Part shown: positions 8,890-15,064 of the stretch, piece by piece
Layout of the letters: each line of letters opens with the position of its first letter
Position numbering within the stretch: the first letter of the stretch is position 1
DNA from: a virus
IMG/VR virus record: IMGVR_UViG_3300046806_000356
Location: 55,600-119,599 of that record
Direction: 5' to 3' (one strand)
DNA: 64,000 nt
The notes under the pieces: model-generated
The model's input: only the letters and a program-made list of their open reading frames with translations
The model's database searches: none
Told to the model about the DNA's origin: nothing
Made by a program: the position numbers and the translations under genes

Positions 8890-9096
8890 TCTCGACGAGA
8901 CATTCACAAATCATCATAATTCTCGACGAGCATCATATATACATACACGAATCTCGACGAGACCAGGCATCATACTTGCATCTTGTCGAGATTCATGCTA
9001 TAATCATACAGTACTCACACAATCTCGACGAGCATGTACGACGATTACGATCTCGACTACACATACAGCAACGATTATGGGCAAGATCTCGACGAG
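8890..9096. repeat. Array of palindromic TCTCG(A/T)CGAG(A) repeats
   Basis: Copies start at 8890, 8921, 8952, 8981 (variant TCTTGTCGAGA), 9023, 9051 (partial) and 9087. Confidence 0.85.
8976..9004 (+). promoter_or_regulatory. sigma70 promoter with repeat in spacer
   Basis: TTGCAT-N17-TATAAT with TG extension. Confidence 0.75.
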
Positions 9097-9180
9097 TATG
9101 CACAAGATGCAGACATTGACGAGGAGTACACACGAGATGGGCAAGACTACGAGACACTTGCATATCGTCATTATGCATGA
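9034..9180 (+). CDS. Very acidic Tyr/Asp-rich 48-aa peptide (not in ORF track)
   Basis: MYDDYDLDYTYSNDYGQDLDEYAQDADIDEEYTRDGQDYETLAYRHYA*, directly downstream of promoter. Confidence 0.6.
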   Translation: MYDDYDLDYTYSNDYGQDLDEYAQDADIDEEYTRDGQDYETLAYRHYA

Positions 9181-9186
9181 TATAAT
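9158..9186 (+). promoter_or_regulatory. sigma70 promoter
   Basis: TTGCAT-N17-TATAAT with TG extension. Confidence 0.75.
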
Positions 9187-9212
9187 GTAGTACACATCGC
9201 ACAGGGGTTCTT

Positions 9213-9362
9213 ATGGTCACACAGAAACGCCTACTTACTGTTACATTAGACATCATGTGTTATGATGATCTAGATGTAGAACATATGGACTGGAAAGAGT
9301 TATTAGAACTCGAAGGTACTGAGGAAGTCTATTGTAGCATCAAAGAGTATGATCCGTTCTAG
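9213..9362 (+). CDS. Small acidic hypothetical protein (49 aa, not in ORF track)
   Basis: MVTQKRLLTVTLDIMCYDDLDVEHMDWKELLELEGTEEVYCSIKEYDPF*. Confidence 0.65.
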   Translation: MVTQKRLLTVTLDIMCYDDLDVEHMDWKELLELEGTEEVYCSIKEYDPF

Positions 9363-9365
9363 CCT

Positions 9366-9504
9366 TGTGCCAGTTTGAAGATTGGATCTCATTCTCAATA
9401 GTACAAGACTTATTGATTCTCAATAGTAGAATCTTATTGAGAATGAGGACAGTCGAGAGACTGGCACAGTAGAGGTTGCATAGTGTGCGGCCTCGTGATA
9501 TTCT
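9366..9504 (+). promoter_or_regulatory. Composite control site: two 24-bp palindromes bracketing ATTCTCAATA/TATTGAGAAT repeats, then promoter
   Basis: Palindromes 9366-9389 (degenerate) and 9445-9468; IR CTCATTCTCAATA 9388-9400 / TATTGAGAATGAG 9435-9447; TTGCAT..TATTCT (9499). Confidence 0.65.
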
Positions 9505-9555
9505 ACATTCGTGGTTGAGACATTCTCTACATTCTCTCTCACCACGAAAATATTA

Positions 9556-9804
9556 ATGAAACTCTTTGCCTCTAAGTTCTACCAAACTCTGGTGCTGAAT
9601 GTTGCCACGATTGCTGCAATTGTCGTGGGTTTGTATCAGTTTGCAGTTCGTGCCTACGATGAGAATCAAGGACCAGAAAAGACTCGCAAGGTGATTCAAA
9701 CCGTGCTGCAGTTCGTTAATGCAATTGAGTCACAATTGCAGGCAGTTGTTGATATCGATGTGCCAGTCGTGAAAGTGGCACATAAAACTACCAAACGTCG
9801 TTAA
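9556..9804 (+). CDS. Small membrane-anchored hypothetical protein
   Basis: ATG 9556; hydrophobic VLNVATIAAIVVGLY. Confidence 0.65.
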   Translation: MKLFASKFYQTLVLNVATIAAIVVGLYQFAVRAYDENQGPEKTRKVIQTVLQFVNAIESQLQAVVDIDVPVVKVAHKTTKRR

Positions 9805-9817
9805 GATCTGATATATT
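9759..9817 (+). promoter_or_regulatory. Palindrome-linked early promoter
   Basis: TGTGCCAGT-N6-AGTGGCACA 9759-9782; TATATT at 9812. Confidence 0.7.
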
Positions 9818-9843
9818 ACATTCGTTACTGAAACACCAACCAA

Positions 9844-10056
9844 ATGAAGATTATCTACACCCGACAGAATGTCGATGGCAGTTATGATCAGTGTGGAATG
9901 AACAATCAGCGTTTGACTAGTCACTACAAGACAACTTCGGGGTTTCTTCGTTATGGTATCCCGAGCAACTTCTATGGTAACACTTTGAAGTTGGAAGTGT
10001 GGTATGGTGATAACATCTACCGCAACCCTGATAAAGTGATGTATGTGACAGTCTGA
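9844..10056 (+). CDS. Hypothetical protein
   Basis: ORF between two palindrome promoters. Confidence 0.7.
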   Translation: MKIIYTRQNVDGSYDQCGMNNQRLTSHYKTTSGFLRYGIPSNFYGNTLKLEVWYGDNIYRNPDKVMYVTV

Positions 10057-10126
10057 CTAGTGGCACAAGGGGGGTTGCGGAATCCCCCAATCCGTTCTAC
10101 ATTACATTCGTACCTGAGAAAACCAC
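10044..10126 (+). promoter_or_regulatory. Palindrome-linked early promoter (copy A of duplicated leader)
   Basis: TGTGACAGT-N6-AGTGGCACA; TTGCGG..TACATT; 10090-10126 identical to 10619-10655. Confidence 0.75.
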
Positions 10127-10130
10127 TCAA

Positions 10131-10556
10131 ATGCCCGTGACTCTGCAAGTAAACTACAAAGAAGTCTTCGCAATTGAGACTGTTGAGTTCATCGAAGAGA
10201 ACTGTGTTGAAGGTGAGTATGATTTAGATGATGCTCTCAAGTTTATTGATGAGCACAATGAGTCAGACTTCGTTGCTTATTATGATGAGTATGTTCGTGT
10301 TGGTGAGAATATTGGTTATGATGTAGTTGATGCCTTTATTGAATATCACGGTGATGTTTCGTATGTTGAGAATGTAGAAGATGCCTATCGTGGGTATTAT
10401 TCTGATGAGGCAACATTTGCCGAAGAAGTTATCACTGAGGTTTATGGGTATGATATTCCTGCCTACGTAGTTGTTGATTGGCAGGCAACCTGGGAACAGA
10501 ATCTTCGTTATGATTATGATTTCGTAGATGGTTACGTATTCTCCAGCAGTTTCTAA
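10131..10556 (+). CDS. ardA: ArdA-like antirestriction (DNA-mimic) protein
   Basis: Very acidic; C-terminal EDAYRGYYSDEATFAEE..IPAYVVVDWQATWEQNLRYDYDFVDGYVF resembles the ArdA C-terminal pattern. Confidence 0.65.
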   Translation: MPVTLQVNYKEVFAIETVEFIEENCVEGEYDLDDALKFIDEHNESDFVAYYDEYVRVGENIGYDVVDAFIEYHGDVSYVENVEDAYRGYYSDEATFAEEVITEVYGYDIPAYVVVDWQATWEQNLRYDYDFVDGYVFSSSF

Positions 10557-10572
10557 CACTTAGTGTAGGGGG

Positions 10573-10655
10573 TGTGCCGGTTCAGATACTGGCACAAGAC
10601 CCCTTGCAAAATCCCCCGATCCGTTCTACATTACATTCGTACCTGAGAAAACCAC
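10573..10655 (+). promoter_or_regulatory. Palindrome-linked early promoter (copy B of duplicated leader)
   Basis: TGTGCCGGT-N6-ACTGGCACA; TTGCAA..TACATT. Confidence 0.75.
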
Positions 10656-10781
10656 ATGGAAGATACACTCTGGTCTGAGATTGCAGACATGGATGGTGAA
10701 ATCTTCGATATGGAGATTCCTGAACTTAAGCAAGAAAAGTTCGATTTCAATGAGTACCTCAACGCAAACTACGATTACTGA
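10656..10781 (+). CDS. Small acidic protein (41 aa, not in ORF track)
   Basis: MEDTLWSEIADMDGEIFDMEIPELKQEKFDFNEYLNANYDY*. Confidence 0.65.
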   Translation: MEDTLWSEIADMDGEIFDMEIPELKQEKFDFNEYLNANYDY

Positions 10782-10785
10782 AACT

Positions 10786-10932
10786 ATGGAAGTTCTAGAA
10801 CTCAACCAAGACGACATTCAGGCACTGCTTACTCTCATTGAGTTTCATGATGATTGGGATGAGGTGAGTGAAATTGTGGGCACAAATGTTGCTCTACTCT
10901 ATGATAAAGTTGCCGCACTTCGTACCTACTGA
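10786..10932 (+). CDS. Small acidic protein
   Basis: ATG 10786, MEVLELNQDDIQALL... Confidence 0.6.
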   Translation: MEVLELNQDDIQALLTLIEFHDDWDEVSEIVGTNVALLYDKVAALRTY

Positions 10933-11060
10933 TGACACCTGACACTCTCAACTTTACTGGTGATGGTATCACCTTCCTTGGTTTGATTGGTGTGATTAGC
11001 ACCGCAATCATCGTGGTTTCAGTATTTCGTTCCTTCTACAAATCACCTCTGAACAAATGA
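10932..11060 (+). CDS. Small single-TM protein (42 aa, not in ORF track)
   Basis: MTPDTLNFTGDGITFLGLIGVISTAIIVVSVFRSFYKSPLNK*; coupled at both ends. Confidence 0.65.
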   Translation: MTPDTLNFTGDGITFLGLIGVISTAIIVVSVFRSFYKSPLNK

Positions 11061-11263
11061 AGTTCCAAGTTACCGAAATTGAGTTTGATTTCACCACTGA
11101 TGATCTCAACAATCTTCCAACATTAGGTTATCAAGAAGACATCACCAATGACACAATCGGTCAAATCTGGGATGCTGATGATGGAGATGATTTAGTTGAA
11201 GAGATCACATGTGCCACTGGTTGGTGCATCAAGTCCATTGATTATCGTCACATTCTTTCCTGA
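11057..11263 (+). CDS. Acidic hypothetical protein
   Basis: WDADDGDDLVEEITCATGWCIKSIDY motif typical of cyanophage small ORFs. Confidence 0.75.
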   Translation: MKFQVTEIEFDFTTDDLNNLPTLGYQEDITNDTIGQIWDADDGDDLVEEITCATGWCIKSIDYRHILS

Positions 11264-11279
11264 ACCTCCAATGACATAA

Positions 11280-11339
11280 TGTGCCACTTCAGATACTGGC
11301 ACACTGACCCCCTGAGACCGTCCCTTGACCCTGTAGGAT
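11280..11339 (+). promoter_or_regulatory. Palindrome-linked early promoter
   Basis: TGTGCCACT-N6-ACTGGCACA 11280-11303; TAGGAT at 11334. Confidence 0.7.
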
Positions 11340-11366
11340 AAGTAAGAACCAAACGAAACCAACTCA

Positions 11367-11543
11367 ATGACTGACACCATCAAAGAGTTTTTTACCGAAG
11401 CAGAATGGGATCTGATCTATTCTCTGGTTGGAAACAATCGAGAGTTCTGTGAAGATACTGAAGAAGATCCCGTGGAGGATTATGATAGCATTGTAAATAA
11501 GATTCATAAGTTATTTGAACCCGAATCCATCGAACCTTCCTGA
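11367..11543 (+). CDS. Small acidic protein (58 aa, not in ORF track)
   Basis: MTDTIKEFFTEAEWDLIYSLVGNNREFCEDTEEDPVEDYDSIVNKIHKLFEPESIEPS*. Confidence 0.65.
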   Translation: MTDTIKEFFTEAEWDLIYSLVGNNREFCEDTEEDPVEDYDSIVNKIHKLFEPESIEPS

Positions 11544-11550
11544 ACCTCCA

Positions 11551-11724
11551 ATGACTGACCTTCGTTATTCTACTGGTGAGGAACTTGAACAGTTCCTCTA
11601 TGAGAAATGCAGGCAAGATCCTGACTTGCTTGCTACCATCATCAACGAGTATGTATGCTCTTTGAGTGATAACAAACTGATTGAACTTGAAGACTTTCTC
11701 ACTAACAACTTCGGAGACAACTGA
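11551..11724 (+). CDS. Small acidic protein
   Basis: ATG 11551, MTDLRYSTGEELEQF. Confidence 0.65.
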   Translation: MTDLRYSTGEELEQFLYEKCRQDPDLLATIINEYVCSLSDNKLIELEDFLTNNFGDN

Positions 11725-11948
11725 TGACACTCAACAAAGAACAATTCTCCAAACTGGTTGAGAATTATGCCAGTCACATTATCGAAGGATTATCTAATGA
11801 TTCCCTTGAATTGATGGTCTTCGATCTACTCACCCGTGAGTATGAGACCTATACTGAAGAGCAGATTGTTGGTGAGATCGAAGAACTTTATGGTGAGGAA
11901 GTTGCTGCCGATTTGTTAGAATCAGCAACTGATGTGCCAGTTGCCTAA
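11724..11948 (+). CDS. Small acidic protein
   Basis: TGATG-coupled; E/D-rich. Confidence 0.7.
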   Translation: MTLNKEQFSKLVENYASHIIEGLSNDSLELMVFDLLTREYETYTEEQIVGEIEELYGEEVAADLLESATDVPVA

Positions 11949-11991
11949 GTGTCCACTACGGGTTGACTTTCCCCCCAACCCGTGCCATACT
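11933..11991 (+). promoter_or_regulatory. Palindrome-linked early promoter
   Basis: TGTGCCAGT-N6-AGTGTCCAC; TTGACT-N17-CATACT. Confidence 0.7.
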
Positions 11992-12029
11992 TAACAAGTA
12001 AACAATCAATCCTTACGAGGAGATTACAA

Positions 12030-12629
12030 ATGACTAAAACTGAACAATTCATTCAAGCACTTCAATCAGTGCCCCAATCTGTATACAAAGATTTCACAGA
12101 TCGTGCCAAAGTTGTTGCACTCCAATACCCTACTTCTTTCGGTATTGATTGCTTTGCACGTGGTGAAGGTATCGAATACGGGTTTCTGCAAAGTGTAACA
12201 GACTACATCGATTTGCAGGCAAACGATAAAGGTCAGGCAAACGATCCTGATTATCTTTTTGCCGGTAACATTCTGACTGATGCGAAGACACAATGTGGCG
12301 GACTGAAACCACAACAATCTGGTAAGAAGTTGTTTTATACTAACCAGTGGGATATTCAGAAGAAGGCACAAGGTGCATCTGAGTTTAAGTCCAAGGCAGA
12401 TTCTTACGTGTTGATTGATCCTCACTATGCACGGATTGCCGTGATTGATAGTGCAGTATTCTACACCAAGAAGTTCACTCAAGGATCGGCACGTATTAGT
12501 TTCTCCGTGAAACCTGAAGAAGTGACTATGATTTATGATGGTGCAGATTCTGTGCTTGATATTAAAGTGGCACACAATTCCAGGGATATCTATCGGGCAA
12601 TCTGGGAGAATGCAGCAACTCACGTTTAA
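12030..12629 (+). CDS. Putative PD-(D/E)xK nuclease-fold protein
   Basis: RGEGIE...NDPDYLFAGNILTDAKT spacing; GAGGAG RBS before ATG 12030. Confidence 0.5.
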   Translation: MTKTEQFIQALQSVPQSVYKDFTDRAKVVALQYPTSFGIDCFARGEGIEYGFLQSVTDYIDLQANDKGQANDPDYLFAGNILTDAKTQCGGLKPQQSGKKLFYTNQWDIQKKAQGASEFKSKADSYVLIDPHYARIAVIDSAVFYTKKFTQGSARISFSVKPEEVTMIYDGADSVLDIKVAHNSRDIYRAIWENAATHV

Positions 12630-12631
12630 GA

Positions 12632-12690
12632 TGTGACAGTCGGGGAACCGTCCACTGGTTCCCCCATTCCCCCCGATTCCGTGCCATACT
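12632..12690 (+). promoter_or_regulatory. Palindrome-linked early promoter (near-leaderless transcript)
   Basis: TGTGACAGT-N6-ACCGTCCAC; CATACT at 12685, only 6 nt before ATG. Confidence 0.6.
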
Positions 12691-12696
12691 AACAGC

Positions 12697-13590
12697 ATGA
12701 AAAACACACACCTACAACACCCCGAAGATTCTATCCTGACAGGTGATCTGTCAGTGTTAGACTGGTTCGTGAATCCCGGTCATCTCAGTGTTAAGATTGA
12801 TGGTGCCCCTGCTATTGTCTGGGGCACGAATCCTGCAACGGGTAAGTTCTTCGTGGGCACCAAAAGTGTCTTTAACAAAGTTAAAATCAAAATCAACGAA
12901 TCACATGAGGAAATTGATGCGAACCACACTGGCGAAGTTGCAAACATTCTGCACACTTGTTTTGATTGCCTACCTCATACAGACACCGTTTATCAGGGTG
13001 ACTTTATCGGGTTTGGTGGATCTGCTGAATACACCCCCAACACTATCACCTATCAGTTCCCTGAGGTAATTGATCAGAAAATTATCATCGCACCTCACAC
13101 TTGCTATTATGCTGAGACGGACCTACGTGATGCTGTAGCAATGCCTGATCGTTCGATCTGGACTGATACTGAGACCGTCAAGTTTGTGCAACCTACAGCA
13201 TCAATCTTCGCAGGTGCTGAATACTTTGCCGACCTTAAAGATGTCTGCAAGTTTGCTAAGGTGATGGCACTGGGAGTTGAGTTTGTAACTCCTAAAGTTT
13301 CGGCACAAATTCAACAGCAACTGAATGCCTGTATTCGTGAAGGTCGCGAAGTGAATCCTGATGACTTTGAGAATCCCAACCTGATCAGTTTCTGGAAGTT
13401 GGTGAAGTCTATCAAAGAGGATGCAGTCTATCTCTGCCGCAATGATGGTCCTGCTGCTTACATCAATTACAACCGAATTGATGCCGAAGGTTATGTGATG
13501 ACCAATGAGTTCGGTATGTTTAAGTTGGTCAATCGTGAGGTCTTTAGTTATGCTAACTTTAACTACTCCCGGTTCCAGTGTGCCAGTTGA
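12697..13590 (+). CDS. DUF6267-like protein with ligase/nucleotidyltransferase motifs
   Basis: NTHLQHPED, SVKIDGAPAIVWG (KxDG), YQGDF, EGYV, FKLVNREVFS. Confidence 0.7.
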   Translation: MKNTHLQHPEDSILTGDLSVLDWFVNPGHLSVKIDGAPAIVWGTNPATGKFFVGTKSVFNKVKIKINESHEEIDANHTGEVANILHTCFDCLPHTDTVYQGDFIGFGGSAEYTPNTITYQFPEVIDQKIIIAPHTCYYAETDLRDAVAMPDRSIWTDTETVKFVQPTASIFAGAEYFADLKDVCKFAKVMALGVEFVTPKVSAQIQQQLNACIREGREVNPDDFENPNLISFWKLVKSIKEDAVYLCRNDGPAAYINYNRIDAEGYVMTNEFGMFKLVNREVFSYANFNYSRFQCAS

Positions 13591-13638
13591 CAAGGTGGCA
13601 CAAACCCCCTTGTGGTTCCCCCCAAAACCTGCAATACT
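13579..13638 (+). promoter_or_regulatory. Palindrome-linked early promoter
   Basis: TGTGCCAGT-N6-GGTGGCACA 13579-13602; AATACT at 13633. Confidence 0.7.
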
Positions 13639-13665
13639 TAACAAGTCAACCAAACGGAGCACCTC

Positions 13666-13992
13666 ATGCGTAAGATCGAATCCCAAATGAATGCTGCCAT
13701 CACTGCCAAAAGTGATTGGAAGTCTGGCAACACTGAGGTTTCTAACATCGACGGTGTGAGTTTTGTGTTCCTTCACGGGAATAAGATTGCAGAAGTCGGT
13801 GATAACTTTGTGAGGTTGTTTGATGGTGGTTGGCAATCCAATACCACCAAATCCCGTTTGAATGCTATTCTTCAGGGGCACGGATTGCCCGGTGAATGTG
13901 TATTCCAAAAGCAGTGGACTTGGTTTGTTAATCTTAAGACTGGCAACGGTATTGCAACTGTTCCCTTCTTCTCCTCCATGCGTCTGGCATAA
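13666..13992 (+). CDS. Conserved hypothetical phage protein
   Basis: MRKIE.., LHGNKIA, DGGWQSNTTKSRLNA motifs. Confidence 0.8.
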   Translation: MRKIESQMNAAITAKSDWKSGNTEVSNIDGVSFVFLHGNKIAEVGDNFVRLFDGGWQSNTTKSRLNAILQGHGLPGECVFQKQWTWFVNLKTGNGIATVPFFSSMRLA

Positions 13993-14058
13993 CATCAAAG
14001 AGAATGGGATGCGCTCTAAAGACACCCTCACTCAAACCACACTATCTAACACTCACTC

Positions 14059-14178
14059 ATGACTTTTGAAATTGCATCTGCCCTGCTGAATCGTGCCACC
14101 AATGGTAACGATCTCCTGCGTATTCTGGAATCTATCGCATCGGATGAGCAGGACCAGGGGCAGGAGATCCAATTCTAA
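14059..14178 (+). CDS. Small hypothetical protein (39 aa, not in ORF track)
   Basis: MTFEIASALLNRATNGNDLLRILESIASDEQDQGQEIQF*. Confidence 0.55.
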   Translation: MTFEIASALLNRATNGNDLLRILESIASDEQDQGQEIQF

Positions 14179-14224
14179 GACTGGCACACCTGTCCCCTTT
14201 GGGGGGTTGGGTTGCCTGTAGGAT
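14165..14224 (+). promoter_or_regulatory. Palindrome-linked early promoter (degenerate left arm)
   Basis: AGATCCAAT-N6-ACTGGCACA; TAGGAT at 14219; leader nearly identical to 11330-11356. Confidence 0.65.
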
Positions 14225-14253
14225 ACGTAAGAACCAAACGACCTCCCCCCCCC

Positions 14254-14517
14254 ATGACCAGCAACACCTACAACGGTTGGGCAAATTACCAGACCTGGAA
14301 TGCTGCCCTCTGGATTGGCAATGATGAGTTTCTCTACAATACTGCTAAGGCATGTGTTGAGTACTGCGGCACCAATGAGACCCCATGGGCAAAATTCGTC
14401 CGTTGCATGACTGATGGGCAGATCGGACGGATGCTGGGGCAGACCCGTGATGGGGTGAAGTGGAATGACCCCGCAATCGATGAGGCAGAGATGGTTGAGA
14501 TGATGGCAGACCTTTAG
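14254..14517 (+). CDS. Conserved hypothetical phage protein
   Basis: YNGWANYQTWNAALWIGNDEFLY motif. Confidence 0.8.
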   Translation: MTSNTYNGWANYQTWNAALWIGNDEFLYNTAKACVEYCGTNETPWAKFVRCMTDGQIGRMLGQTRDGVKWNDPAIDEAEMVEMMADL

Positions 14518-14570
14518 GGGTTTGCCCCCCATCCGTGCTACAATTAACCCGTACCAAACGACCCGAACCC

Positions 14571-14837
14571 ATGGCACTCTACAACCAAGCATCCGACCTC
14601 GCAACCCGTCAGACCGTATGGATCGGAACCAAGGTCAGCAACCTGCCTAAGTTCAATGGCACAGAATGGGAATTGAAGCAGGGGCATCAGGCAAACTCCC
14701 ACACCCGCGGATGGCAGGATGATGGGTTGCCCTCTGCCGAACTGGCAGATCTGCACACCCCCTGGCAGGGATGGGTCGGTCCCGGTCACCGTTACTATTG
14801 CAACCCGGAGGCAGGTCGTCGGTCGTTCCTTGCCTGA
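14571..14837 (+). CDS. Hypothetical protein
   Basis: ATG 14571 after TGCTACAAT extended -10 and ACCAAACGACC leader. Confidence 0.65.
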   Translation: MALYNQASDLATRQTVWIGTKVSNLPKFNGTEWELKQGHQANSHTRGWQDDGLPSAELADLHTPWQGWVGPGHRYYCNPEAGRRSFLA

Positions 14838-15064
14838 TGCACTCCCTACCCCCTGCCCTCACGGGTGGGGGGTTCGTGCTATGGGCACCCTATTCGTTCG
14901 TGATTTGACAGTGGCCCCCGTGCCTTAAGGGGTGCGGGGGTGCCCGCCGTATATAAAACCCATGGGTCCCCGTAGGCTATAAAGTCTTGCTTTTGCCATC
15001 TCTTTATACTTCGAATATAAAAATTTTTTTTACTATATAAAAAAATAAAATAAGTTTAATAGAA

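Noticed and set aside
8890-9096. CRISPR or mini-array interpretation of TCTCGACGAG repeats
   Set aside because: Repeats are only 10-12 bp with irregular later spacing, some lie in a promoter and an ORF, and no cas genes are present
8816-9256. ORF-track ORFs 8816-9190, 8868-9119, 8993-9256 and 9004-9195
   Set aside because: Low-complexity translations of the repeat array that span promoters; the 9034-9180 frame fits promoter position better
9462-10610. sigma54 promoters (TGGCAC...TTGC)
   Set aside because: Spacing between TGGCAC and TTGC is 8 nt rather than 5, cyanobacteria lack sigma54, and TTGC serves as a sigma70 -35
12066-14031. Long minus-strand ORFs 12066-12707 and 13201-14031
   Set aside because: Antisense shadows of well-supported plus-strand genes, with no motifs
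1-14570. Integron attC cassette array
   Set aside because: No integrase in the window, no GTTRRRY/RYYYAAC core sites, and each unit has its own promoter
14838-15000. tRNA gene
   Set aside because: GGTTCG is present but no cloverleaf or acceptor stem could be built
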